Shown: piece after piece, positions 38,510-52,809 of the stretch
How positions within the stretch are numbered: the stretch's first letter is position 1
How the letters are laid out: every line of letters begins with the position of its first letter
Assembly (NCBI RefSeq): GCF_006345805.1
Contig: NC_043009.1
Span: forward strand, 16,058,001 to 16,122,000
Reading direction: 5' to 3'
DNA: 64,000 nucleotides
Origin: Octopus sinensis
Taxonomy: Eukaryota
Notes under the pieces: generated by a model
Told to the model about the DNA's origin: nothing
What the model saw: the letters and a program-made list of their open reading frames with translations, nothing else
The model's database searches: none
Position numbers and translations under genes: made by a program

Positions 38510-41104
38510 GTGTGTGTGTGTGTGTGTGGTGTGTGTGTGTGTGTATACACGAGATATTTGAGCTCGAGTAGGATTGAGAACTTGTTGGTTGGTATTTCAT
38601 GTATCTGAGAGATTCTCATCTCGTGAGCAGATGTTAGAATATGGTTCTCTTTAGGTCGTGGATGAGTGTACTCTTGTTGAGGATTGTAAACATATGAGTG
38701 TTTGGGGGTGCTCACTTGATATTGATACTTACAGGGTGGTGTACTTGTAAACTTCCACTGTATTGTATTTTTTGTATGATTATGTAGGGTAGATATTTTT
38801 AGGTATGTGAATGTTCGTTTCTGCAGAATATCGTCTAGTACCACATATTAAAACCAGTGTATTAGTGTGTCTACTTTTACTCATGTGTTCATGTATAAGT
38901 AACCGACAATATGTGTGTGAGCGCATGTCACCTAGACTATATATATATGACTGCACCTGTACATATACATAAGCGTGGTGGTTATATATGCAATTATACT
39001 TATACATACACGTATACACACTAATGCATACCAGTGTGTATACATTTACAAATTTTCATATGTGTTTATATATGTGTAAGTATTGTTCTTCCATGTGAAT
39101 AGCAATATATGCACTGTTTCTGAAAACGTGTCTGTATGTACCACTGTGCGCATTACAAGAAGTATTTCTACGTGTACAAATATTTGTGTATTTGTCTAAT
39201 ATAGAAACGTGTAAGTCTACGAACAGATTAGTTTCTGAAGAATTAGATGAGAAAGGATTAACTAGAAAGGGATTAGCTAACAAAAGGATTAACTGTAAAG
39301 GATTAAGTAGAGGATGTGTTTAGCGCATTAGTTAATATGATTTTAAATGAGGAAATGTTTAACATTTTATTTCATACAAATTCCCGACTTTGATTTTCTA
39401 ATGATTTTTGTTTTTGTAAAATATTTGTTTAAAAAAGATTTTTAGAAATATGCTGGTTATAAATCAGTGTGAATCAGAACGCGAATTCATCGTAGATTTT
39501 CAAATTAAGAACAATTTATTGCTTTAATGTCCTTTAAGGGGCACACTGTATCGATAGTTTTCAAATGTATCTATGAATTTCTCTAGTACTGCTTTGTTAT
39601 TACAAAGTGAAGCGTAAGAGAGTTATTAAACAAGCTAACATTGGATTATAGATTCTGCTTTGCAACGATACTGTTATGATTATATTTATTAGTATTACTC
39701 TGTGCGTATAAGCAAAAGCAGGGTATTGTAATCACGTCTTAATCTGTTTGTCTGTGTGTTTGCAAATTTACTGGAAAATGGCCGAACGGATTCCACCACA
39801 AATTTTCCGATAAGTAAGTGGTTATATTATTTTGTTCACTTTCTTTTTAATATGAATCGACCCTTGTCTGCGCGTGTATAGATCATGGTGTACTTATGCG
39901 CATAGACACGCGTGGGTACATATATACATAAATACATACATAGATATGCGACTATGTGTGTGCTCGCGTGTGTTTGTGTTTGTGTACACTGATAGATTCG
40001 AAGGTTTCGTTTATGAACGTCTTGATTTCTTAATTTCACCGGAATATAAATACCTGTAATCGTGATAATTTGAAAATTATGTTTTCCACGTGGTTATGTT
40101 TTCCACGTCGGGGTTCCCCACTTTAGATGTTATAGGTGTGGTGTCATTTTATGAGACTCTGCTCAGAAGGCTGTTATATTATCGTGGTAGGAACCCGGTA
40201 AAGAATATACAAATACAAGGTTGGTGGGAGACATCAGCGGTAGTGACGAAGATATAGGTCGCTGCAATGTGGTCAGTGGTTAGACCTTAGAAAGTCTGGA
40301 ATCTACTGACGTTGAGACTAGAAAAAGGTGTGCTTTTATTGCTGATGGTAGGTTCAAATGCTTGTTTGGAACTTATTTGAAGGCAGTGATTGGTTGGGTT
40401 GCATATTGGTGTGCGATAGGGTAAGAGACAAATTTCGCCATTGTAAGCCACACTATAATTTGCGAAAACAATTTCCTGCGCACAGGGTATGCATCGCCTC
40501 TCCAATGCCTTTTTTGTCATTGGTCTTGTAGTTGACTATTTTCTGATTATCAATGCGGCTGTGTTTAATTACTGTATAGCAGACCACAGTACTTCTTACT
40601 TTCTATCAAATACCTGGAATTATATACAGTTTCATAACCCGTCAAACAAATCCTTACGAGTGACTTATACGCGAACACGAATCTTTATGCACTTGTGAGT
40701 GTATGCGTGTGTTTTGCGTATTGCAAGATCGAATCACAGTGAACTCCATAAGTATCATACCATGGTTATTTAAACTTGGAATCGAGAAACGTGAAAGTAG
40801 TATGTGTGATGAATTTATTCATGCGTGCAATTGTCTCGTTCTTCATTACCATCAACTCTTTGTTTATCAAATTGATCTATTTTTCTTTTTCTCGCCAAGG
40901 CTAAATTTTTAGCAAAGCTTTGATACATTTCTACCGAGCATGAACAATGAAGACGAGGTCAACTCCTAACAACAAAAACTTATGTACTTCACCGCAGTAC
41001 TTCAACAATACTTACACTAACAATAGTAATTTTGGTATCCTATTGAGCTCACAATAATTATCTTTCATTAGAATAACACTCGAGACATTATATATTTTTT
41101 ACTA

Positions 41105-41427
41105 GCGGCATTTCGTTCTTCTTTACATTCTGGGTTCAAAGGTCGACTTTGCCTTTCATTCTTCCAGGGTCGATAAAATAAATCCTTGTGAAAAATTTGG
41201 AAGTAATATTTAGAGCCTCTAAGACGGCGAGCCAACAGAATCGGTACCACGCCGGCTAAATAAATGCTTAGCAACATTTCTTCCGACTTCACGTTCTGTG
41301 TTCAAATACCACCGGGGTCGACTTTGTCTTTCATTCTTCCGGAGTCGATAAAGTAAGTATGAGTTGAGTGCGGGGGTTCAAAGTAATCGACTTACCCCGA
41401 AACTTGCTGCCAATATTTGAAAACAAT
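41105..41427 (+). mobile_element. Two family A SINE copies (fragment ~41105-41180, longer copy ~41225-41427)
   Basis: Both contain gtcgactttg(c/t)ctttcattcttcc..gtcgataaa. Confidence 0.8.
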
Positions 41428-42439
41428 ATTTACGGCTTGCAAAACTTAGAAATCTGCTTTGACCATTGTACAAATTCATTACTATGTATACACCTCCATT
41501 TCGTTTTAAGGTTTAGTAACTGAAAGTTAGATATTTCCTTAGATTTCACTTTCAAAGCACTGGCTTCCTTCATGTGCACTGTTAATCGTCGGTACACTTA
41601 ACTTCTATTTCTGCATACTTCCTACGTATAATAAGTATAATAAATGCGGACATTTTCCACCATTGCGTCGTTAACAGTTGCTTCGATCGCTACAATAAGC
41701 AAATCTAACACGTTACGAGCACAGAAGACGTATATGTCACACCAGTATGACTATGGTACAGATATTGCATTATGACAGGTGGTATGATTGCGCACAATTG
41801 CTTGAGCATGTATTTAGCAAGTGGCTTTATGTCCGTTCTCATTTTGGATACTTCCCTTCCGATTGTCATTACCATACCTAATCCTAAAAAAACTCGCATG
41901 AAATGTAACAAATTTTATTTGAAACTCTCCTAACGTCAAAATTTCATTCACCCATATATGGACGCTATTGATTATTTTGGGTATGCACCTAATTATGCTT
42001 GAATGTATTTACAGTTACCTTCAACATTCTCCCAATTTTACACCACCATTTGTTTATATCTGTGAAAGATTACTAATAGTTGTTTTAGACATTAACCGCT
42101 ATTAAAAAATAATATTTTTATCTTTTACTCTATTACCAATATGATATTCTTAATGCCCTAGTTTCTTCTATTCATTTATTTATTTCAAATATTCAAAGAA
42201 ATGTTTTGATTATCTAATCTGAAATTTCTTCTAAACAGCTTGATATTAATGAATCGTTTGTTTAAAATAATTCATTCAAATGTCCCTACATGACTATCAA
42301 ATACGTTTTATTGTATTTCTTAGATGCAAGTATCCAAACTGATAAACAAACATAAATGTGGCGGAACCACTTTCTACGCAACGCTTGCCGCCTGATTGAC
42401 GTAAATCACACGGAAATAATGTTGGTTTCTAACATTGGT

Positions 42440-42740
42440 ATAACTATATAAATTTGGGAGGCTATAGCCACTTTCATTCTCCCTCTCAGATTTGACTGGT
42501 ATTTCATATTGTTATGCTTTTTGTAGTTTGTTCTTAATGCTTGCTCTTGGGCAACACAGATTAGAGCCTCCGTTTCCGGTTTTACATCACTTTTAGTCAT
42601 CCACCGCCATTTCTCTGTCTTATCTTCAGCATCCCTATGAAATTGGCTATGCAGTCTTATCTATACACACCTATTTTCAGTTTCATTCGTTTTAAATTTC
42701 TTGTACAGTGCTTTATCTTTGCAATTTTTCATCCTACACA
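42440..42740 (-). mobile_element. R4/Dong-clade LINE fragment
   Basis: RLHSQFHRDAEDKTEKWRWMTKSDVKPETEALICVAQEQALRTNY, homologous to the 11700-11800 segment. Lies next to (TAT)n. Confidence 0.85.
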
Positions 42741-42876
42741 AGCCTAACCTTCTTACTTCTAATAATAGAGGTGCTGTGGCATTTTTACATACCATACTTT
42801 TTTACATGCCAACATAGCATGGTATGTAAAAAATGCCACAGAATCGCTCTTATTATTATCATTATTATTATTATTA

Positions 42877-42924
<48 letters not shown>

Positions 42925-42929
42925 AAAAT

Positions 42930-43070
42930 GAATTCAAATTCCGCCGAGATAGAATTATCCTTTCATCGTTTCGGAGTCGATAAAATAAGTACCAGTTGAG
43001 CACTGGGGCCGATGTATTGGACTTGGCCCATTCACCAAAACCAATGGCCTTGTGTTAAGATTTGAGACCA
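42930..43070 (+). mobile_element. Family A SINE, 5'-truncated
   Basis: aattcaaattccgccgag...cctttcatcgtttcggagtcgataaaataagtaccag. Confidence 0.8.
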
Positions 43071-43384
43071 ATATTATTATGATTGTCGTTGTTCTTGCTA
43101 TTAATTGTATCATTGGTTTGTTGACGTTCTTATTTTCACTTTGTTTTATCTATATCAATGGTATCTGTTACCACCGTTCTCACTATTAATACCACACTGT
43201 CTAGCATTTGGCTTTTCCTCTGTCCTTTCTCTTCCGTAACATATTTATGTATGTGTGATTACGAGAGTCTACCGGAGTATGTTTGGAATGTTTGGTTTTG
43301 ATAGCCTTCAGTTCTTCACCATGTTACGCACTCCTCTCGTAAACTTTTATTCTGTCATGTCCTTTACAATCTATTCTGCTGTGA

Positions 43385-43546
43385 GGACAAGGTCTGAAAT
43401 TTTGTTAGCAGGCGTTAGGCGAGAGTATTCGTACTTATATTACCGAATCGAAAGTAAGAAAGTCTAAGTCGACCTCGGCCAAAGTTGAACTCAGAACGTA
43501 AATACGCTAAGCGTATTGTCCATCGTGCTAATGATTCTGTCAGCTC
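43385..43546 (-). mobile_element. Family A SINE (diverged)
   Basis: gtcgacctcggc...ttgaactcagaacgta...cgctaagcgt...gtgctaatgattctgtcagctc. Confidence 0.75.
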
Positions 43547-45619
43547 TTTTCTGATATAACTTGGTGGTACTTATTTGCATACTGGTGTATATAAAAATCC
43601 GCAACTGTTTTTACGTTGTATTTGTGCTGATAATGCAGACTGATTTGTGTGCATTGTGTTACATAATAGTGGCTACCTGCTTAATTAACAACAGCGATTG
43701 GTCTTGTAAAGCATGTGAATATTATATAAGGCATAAAAGAGCGCTTACGTTTTCTGTGTTCCTCATAGATGTGTGCGTGCGTATGCATGTGTGTTTGTGT
43801 TTGAATCAGTGTGTATGTATATACATGCTTACCATACATATATAGACAGATACATATGCATGCATATATATGTATATGGTTGTATGATGTGTACGATTTT
43901 CAAATTATGTGAATACCTTTATTTTAAATGACATAGAGAATTAATTCATCATAAGGAGAGCCCTTTAGGAGCCAGATGAATTTTAAAAACCAATAATATA
44001 TATGAAATATTTGAAAATCAGCCTTGGCGATCTCACGTTTGTTAAAGCTATATCCACGGAAATATTGAGACGACGGACTAATTGATGACTTAAATTATAT
44101 ACTACTCGCCTTGCTTTCATTAAGTTATACATTTACAAGTGAAGGGCTGTATTTTGATATTTAAACGTCTTTGCAACAAAGTGAATTCACAGCCAACAAC
44201 ACAGAATATTAACGGACAGACAAAGACTTTACCACTTTATTGCAGAAGTAAATATCGCTAATAAATATGAAACCCATCTAGTTGAAATTAAATACATAAT
44301 AGAGAGATTGTCAGTTGTAGAGGTGCACATGAATTCACGAAATAACTAAAAACAATTATCATTTGAAAACTATGATTAAAAAGTTCCTCATTTTCCATTC
44401 TGTTTCGTGCGGTTATTTGTGCTTGAAAACATTCTAAAGTTTTAACAAACTTCTATTATGCGATCAATCCAATTTTAATCTTCGACAGCGTTCTTGTAAT
44501 TGCGTAATTTCATGAATATTATATCATTAAATATTATTTTAGTATTAATAAATATTATTCTTATACATATTATTATTTCTGTAGCACAATTTGCACAATA
44601 TGCCTTCTAGTGTAATTATAATTATATATATGGTAGTTCGTAAAATTCTTTCAATCAATTTACTGAAGAGTATATGTCAGAAGTATTAATTAAAAATGTA
44701 TTTGATTAGTTATTGAATACATTGGATAAAGTTATCTTAAGTTGGCTGGCTGAGAGAACTACTTTTGGATTACATAGATGAAAACGTTTTTTTTTTTTTT
44801 GCTTGGCAGGAGACTTTTTGTCTTTTTAAAATCTTTAGCCATCTTTCAGTTTTTTTTCTGTATTACTATTCTTTTCGTGGTAATTAATATACATCTGAGC
44901 ATATATTTTATTAAATAGTTGAAAATATGATCCATTTTGCTTTATTAATTACAAGATAGTCTGTCTCGGGCATCTGAAAAACGACAGAAAAGTGGCTTAT
45001 CGCAAGTAGCTTGTCTGTTGCTAACAATATAACAATTCCTTAGAAATTTGTCAACTTCTCTGTCGACTATTTCATATTGTAATGGCCCATCGATTCTTGT
45101 TCATTAAATAATTTAAACAATATTATAATGTATTCCGAGGATTGGTAATCTAAACAGCCCAGAAGGAGTCAGTATAACATTAATAATTCAATACATCTTC
45201 CTTCGGAGGTCAGCAAGTTCTTATAAGTTTTAAGCTCCCTATGTTCGATTTGCGTTTGTAATAATTTCACTTACACGGTTTGTCATATTACATTGTCTGA
45301 ATCTTTGGAGACAATTAAACATTTAATTCGTTGCTAGGCTCCTCTTCATCCGAAAGGCCATTTAACTGAATATTGTTAATGCTTATGTATACGTAATAAA
45401 TATCTGTTATTTCAATGGTAATATTATTATAGTATACTAAAGAGTTATAGAGATTGTAACGCTAATTTCCCAATAAATTTGTATTCCAATGTTCCAAGTT
45501 ATAATACACAGCCAATAAAACAATATTTAACATATCTATATGCGCCCATACATACATTCACTTAAACTTGTATATGCATATATATTATATCTATTATATC
45601 TAAATTGATATATATATTA

Positions 45620-46053
45620 GCGCAGGAGTGGCTGTGTGGTAAGCATCTTGTTTACCAACCACATGGTTCCGGATTCAGTCCCACTGCGTAGCACCTTGGG
45701 CAAGTGTCTTCTACTATAGCCTCAGGCTGACCAAAGCCTTGTGAGTGGATTAGGTAGACGGAAACTGGAAGAAGCCCGTTGCATATATGTATATGTGTGT
45801 GTGTTTGTGTGTCTGTGTTTGTGTCCCCACCCCCAACCGATGCTGGTATGACAACAGATGCTGGTATGACAACCGATGCTGGTGTACTTACGTCCCCGTA
45901 ACTTAGCGGCTCGGCAAAAGACCGATGGAATAAGTACTAGGCTTACAATGAATAAGTCCTGGGGTCGATTTGCTCGACTAAAGGCGTTGCTCCAGCATGG
46001 CCGCAGTCAAATGACTGAAACAAGTAAAAGAGTAAAAGAGTAAAGAGTAGAGT
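45620..46053 (+). mobile_element. Family B SINE, full length, with an internal 3x 17-bp tandem repeat
   Basis: gcgcaggagtggctgtgtggtaag...ggattcagtcccactgcg...ccttgggcaagtgtcttctactatagcc...(gtaaaaga)n tail. caaccgatgctggtatga-type unit x3 at ~45834-45885. Confidence 0.92.
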
Positions 46054-46362
46054 AATTATATATATCATATCTAAATTCTGCCTTTGACATTCGGACATTC
46101 GTGGCATTTCATAAACAACACACAAGTAATTTTTTTTCTCCTTTAACGTGCACAACCTAAAATGAAAATATCAGAAATACATGAAACACCAAATGAAAGA
46201 GAATTATTTTGTATGTAACCAAAATAGTCTACGTTTTCAATATAATCTTTGTTGCATTTGTGCATCATATTAGATGTATACCTACCTTTAGAAGGTTTAT
46301 TGCTCCAGAATTGTCTGATGCAATATTGCTTCGTATACATTGGTGTATTAAACAACACAATT

Positions 46363-46407
<45 letters not shown>

Positions 46408-47877
46408 GCGAAATGAATATCAGAAGAATAACATATTTTTCGCCTTCGTCGAGGCTTGTTAATGTGTATTGAATTGTTATCTGCTGAAGTGAAGGTAACG
46501 ATTCGATATATTGGATACAGCAAATAAGCTTTCACTGGTATAGTGAAAGCTTGCTGGGCTATAGAAAATCTCTGAGACAACATTAAATGTAAATGGTTGT
46601 CTGTGTATGAAGCTAAAATATGCACACTGTTAGAAGGCATACTGCCATGGAATTGTCTGAGCTAAAATATCTTCATAGATTTTTCGTGTTAAAAGCATGT
46701 TATATATTGATGAGAAACGATCGTCAGCACTGCATAATCTCACGAAAAGGACAGATGTCTTTTTGCACAGTGTCTATGAAGAGGTTTTGCCTCTGAAACT
46801 TCCACAACATTTTATGCCTTCAAATAATGTGCATATATTTGGTGTAAGACACAAATGTCGATTTTAATTTAGTACTGCTTCAATTGTTTTCAGCAAGTTT
46901 TTCTACATCTCGGCAAATTTCTGCAGCACCTCTGAATGTTTTATTCACCGTTTCCTCTATACATCGAAGCACGTATTTCTTTTAGCAAGAGACAATCGAG
47001 CACACGGCAATTGACATGCATCAACCAAAACGAAATGCGCCGGGCAATATGTATTATATTTTTGGAACCCAGGAACACTGTCAAGAAATTTCTATCTCAG
47101 ACAATTCCACATTATGCCTTCCAACAACCTGTAGTTTGATTCAAAAGTAGTGATTTTAATTTAATGCTATTTCAAGCATTTACCGAGACAATTTTTGTAT
47201 CTTTCTGAAAATCGTGGCTATTCTGATATCATTTATGCATCACTGCCAGTATCTTCAGATTGATCAAGGAGGTTTGTATGTTATCATTACTATCACACAT
47301 AACTGAATATTCCACAAGAAGCAAACCAAAGTTGAAATTTAGATTCTAAATAATATCATTATTTTCACTTTATGTTTAAAACACATACTTTTGCAAAGGT
47401 ATTATCTTTTTAAGATTATGTATCTATCATAATGTGTTTGAGAGTTTTGTTTCTCAACAAAATTTCACAAGACAAAGAGTTTTATAGATATTTTCGTTTA
47501 TTTATTCAAAGATAAGTACATTTCAAAGACATTCCTGTTATAAATGAGTGTCATCTGTTAATCTAACCCATTGTTTTAGAATCACTGTTACTGTCCTATG
47601 TAAAACACATGCCAATTAACATACATTTACATGTATATACACATTCATATATTATACATATATTATACATATACATATACACACACACACATGCATATAT
47701 ATATATGCGTATATTACAAAGTTTTAAGGTTTAGAAATCATAAGACATTCCCGTTATAAGTATTTTTCATGTCTTGTTAAAACTTACATTTCAGAATCTT
47801 TGATGCAGTCCTCTTCAAGTGAGATGTCAATGTACATATATACCTATACTTTCAGCATTATATATATGTATATATAC

Positions 47878-47939
<62 letters not shown>

Positions 47940-48074
47940 ATATGCATAAATATATATATATTCATATGTATATACATATATACACATATATATATATATA
48001 TATATGCATAATATATATATATATACATATGTATATACATATATACACACATATATATTGATATACATATATAC

Positions 48075-48131
<57 letters not shown>

Positions 48132-48344
48132 TATATATGTGTGTGTGTGGGGGCGTGTATGTGTGTGTGTAAAGCATGTTTTACAAAGTCGTCAGGTTTA
48201 GAAATAACTCATTGTGTATGCGTTTCGACATATTTTGGTTGTTCTTATAAAGCACTGAAAAAACATTTTATAAGCATGATTAGTATTATGATAAAGGAAC
48301 TATCAATGAAAAACTGATGCTAATAACGATAATAATTGCTTCTA

Positions 48345-48495
48345 ATTTAAGCACAAGGCCAGCAATTTTGAGTGTGAAGGGAAGAGTTATTATCATTAAC
48401 CGTACATAGTCAGTGGAACTCTTTATTATCGACCCCGAGCGGAGAAAGGATTTCATCAGAGGACATAAAGAGGCAGAAGAAATTTCGCGAGAATT
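48345..48495 (-). mobile_element. Family A SINE (diverged, partial)
   Basis: cacaaggccagcaattttg...tttattatcgaccccgag. Confidence 0.65.
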
Positions 48496-48559
48496 TTATC
48501 CAACCCTCTGAAGATCCTTCCAATCCACGCCCTAAGAGTAGAAGTTGTATTCGTAATAA

Positions 48560-48588
48560 AAATAATAATAATAATAACAACAACAAAA

Positions 48589-48687
<99 letters not shown>

Positions 48688-49005
48688 TGATAACGAAAAT
48701 AGTAACAATAAATGCACCAACAAGAATAACAACGGCAATTGTTACTTCCTTTGATGACTGATTTAAAAGCTACCAGTAATTGTTAGCAATTATATCAATG
48801 ATAATTTAATAATAATTGAAGTTGTTTCAATAATAACGTAAAATCATAATTTGTCACATAATTATGATATCCATAATAATAATAATAATAATAATAATAA
48901 TAGTAGTAGTAGTAGTAGCATAGTAGTAGTAATAGTACTACTACTACTAATAATAATAATAATAACAATAATGATGATGATGATGACGACGATGATGATG
49001 ATAAT
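48560..49005. repeat. Compound (AAT)/(TAG)/(GAT) trinucleotide microsatellite region
   Basis: Directly visible. Confidence 0.95.
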
Positions 49006-49310
49006 AAGAAAAACATAAATTGCACGTACCTAATGTGTACAGAGCGGTATTCCGTTACGTAAAAAAGCAAGCAAAAAATTTAAACAAATAAAAAAATTGA
49101 TATCTGCAGTTCTTGATGCTGTTAGTCATGTAACGATATCAACGGCTATAGAAATGGTAAAAGGGGTTAGTGAAAATACTTGAATTGTTCATACTGATGT
49201 AATCAACTAAGGTAACCCTTACAAGCAGAAAAATAATGGATTAAAATAAACGTTGTGTGGGAACTAATCTCATTTCCAAAACGACTTCTCATCAGAAACA
49301 CTCATATACA

Positions 49311-49360
<50 letters not shown>

Positions 49361-49367
49361 TCAAATC

Positions 49368-49499
49368 AGTTTGATTCAAATTCGTTAGTACGCTTGAGCT
49401 TCAAGCGTGATGCTAGGCGTCAGCCATTTTGAATTTTAAATGCCTCACGACTAGGATCAGGTTTGAAGTTCAAGCATACGAATGAATTTAAATCAAACT
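49368..49499. mobile_element. Small MITE-like inverted repeat (39-bp arms) between (TA)n tracts
   Basis: 49368-49406 is the imperfect reverse complement (~33/39 by eye) of 49461-49499. Confidence 0.7.
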
Positions 49500-49525
49500 A
49501 TGTAACTCCTAATAGATTGGTTTAG

Positions 49526-49594
<69 letters not shown>

Positions 49595-49710
49595 ACCTGA
49601 TGTTTGTGCCAGAACTCCAGCAGTGTTAAAAAATGCTGTTTGGCATGTGCTCAGCACATGAAACTAATAGTAGCACATACTACACATATAATGTGTTTAT
49701 TAAATAATAT

Positions 49711-49744
<34 letters not shown>

Positions 49745-50088
49745 CATTTATACAGGCATATTGTTTAATTGAATTGTCGCGGTAGTAACAGCTGTTTAGA
49801 TAGTTCCGTTACGTATTAATAATGAGTTATTAATTGGATAACATGTTCATATTATACCTAAACGAGCCACAAACTATAATAACTCTGAATATTTATCCTG
49901 AAAGTTTGAGTAACAGCTGGAACCATCCTGAGAGGTGTTTTTAATAATATAGCAGACTATATATTGAATTCCCTATATTTGCTCCATTCTTATTTAGTAT
50001 ACTCTCATATAATCGCGTATGTGCGCATGAATACATATTATGTGTGCATATATACATATACATATGTATCTATCTATCTATCTATCTA

Positions 50089-50143
<55 letters not shown>

Positions 50144-50316
50144 TATATATATACTTACGTACACACAGAGACATATATACACACATATGCACACGCATAC
50201 ACACATTTAAGCATCTATATATATATATATATACATACAGAGAGAGAGAGAGAGAGAGAGAGAAATAGAAATAACTTGTATTAAATCTCTGAGAGATATA
50301 CAGTAACAGTCATATT

Positions 50317-50754
<438 letters not shown>

Positions 50755-51249
50755 AAGAAATACTTGATTCAGACGTTCAGAGGAAAGCAATTGGGAATTA
50801 CATATACACGGGAAAAAACTCCCATAATCCTGAATGTTTGAGCTAATATGCACAAATCAAGAGCCACTAGAGCGACCTCCTCCATCCTTAGAGTCCCAAG
50901 TCACAGAAAATACATTCCCATCTGTATTTCAATGTTTCACTGCCTTTTTGTATTTCTACAGGATTTCAGGTAAAACAACTCTTCTTTGTTTGTGTACATT
51001 TACATGCTGTACATGCTAGTATATGCACTTCTATGTGTGTGTGTACGCTAGTACATATACAAATGTACATATATGTATGCGTATGTAAATGCATATATAG
51101 TTAGATGCATGCATAAACATATATGTGTATAAATATATATATATGTATATATATGTATGCATATATATATATATATATATATACATATATATATGCATAT
51201 GTAAACATATGTATATATATGCATATATGTATATATACATGAATGTATA

Positions 51250-51283
<34 letters not shown>

Positions 51284-51342
51284 CTTATGGTTACGTATAC
51301 ATATATATATATCTATATATATATATATGTAGATATGGTTAC

Positions 51343-51380
<38 letters not shown>

Positions 51381-51594
51381 GTGTGACAGAGAGAGGGGGA
51401 GAGAAACAGCGAGCTTATTCTGTGTATTCTCATAACGTTTATTCTCATCCAAAATGGAGTCGCGTACCAACGTTCCCATATGGCATGTTTGATAATTGAT
51501 AAGAGTTCCCTCTTTACATGAATTGATTGGCAGCCTTCTTAACCCACAAATAAAGTATGAATATGTGTGTGTGCGTGTGTATATGTGCATGTGC

Positions 51595-51633
<39 letters not shown>

Positions 51634-51874
51634 TAAAGGTATGTATAATTATAATTTTTCGTTAGGTTTTCTAGAAGGGTATCTCGGCTACTCAAGATTG
51701 CCACACCTAAAGAATTTTTTTTGTTTTGCGATTAGTTATCCAACTACCCTTTATTAATTATACATATCCTTATTATTACTGCTTGAATATTATAATTAAT
51801 CTATTTTGTATTGACTTATAATAAACACGTGCTTGTGTTTGTATATAAATAACTATATATATATATATATATAT

Positions 51875-51968
<94 letters not shown>

Positions 51969-51997
51969 GATAGATAGATATACATATGTGTGTATGC

Positions 51998-52035
<38 letters not shown>

Positions 52036-52056
52036 GTATATATGCATATATGTATG

Positions 52057-52103
<47 letters not shown>

Positions 52104-52127
52104 GTAGATATATGCATTCATTTATTT

Positions 52128-52322
52128 TATTGTTTACTTGTTTCAGTCATTTGACTGCGGCCATGCTGGAGCACCGCCTTTAGTCGAACAAATTGACCCT
52201 ACGATTTATTCTTTGTAAGCCTAGTACTTATTCTGTCGGTTCTATTTCCGAACTGCTAAGTTACAAGGACATAGACACACCAACATCGGTTGTCAAGCGG
52301 GAGGGAAACAAACTCAGCTACA

Positions 52323-52372
<50 letters not shown>

Positions 52373-52536
52373 CGGCGGTCTTCTTTCGGCTTCCGTCTAC
52401 GAAATCCACTGACAAGGCTTTGTGGGTCAGAGAAGACAAAGCCCAGGGAAGACACTGCAGAAGACACTGGCCCAAGGTAACATGCAACCCGGAACCATGT
52501 GGCTGGTAAGCAAGCTTCTTAACACACAACCACTCC
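52128..52536 (-). mobile_element. Family B SINE
   Basis: Reverse complement of family B head, core and tail with internal (CA)n. Confidence 0.88.
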
Positions 52537-52754
52537 TTCAGAATAGAAATAAACATTAATATAGATACTACTTACGGTATATATATTCCCTTACATCTTC
52601 ATATGCATGTATGCCTGTATATATGTGTGTCTGTGTGTATGTCTCTCTGTCTGTGAGTCTGTGCTAGTGTATGTCTGTGTGATTGTGCGTATATGTGCAT
52701 AGATGTATATATGCTCATTTTGTATCTACACATACATACGCTTATATACTTGTG

Positions 52755-52809
<55 letters not shown>

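Noticed and set aside
46526-46552. Perfect 11-bp hairpin aagctttcact-ggtat-agtgaaagctt
   Set aside because: It is isolated and short, with no context suggesting function.
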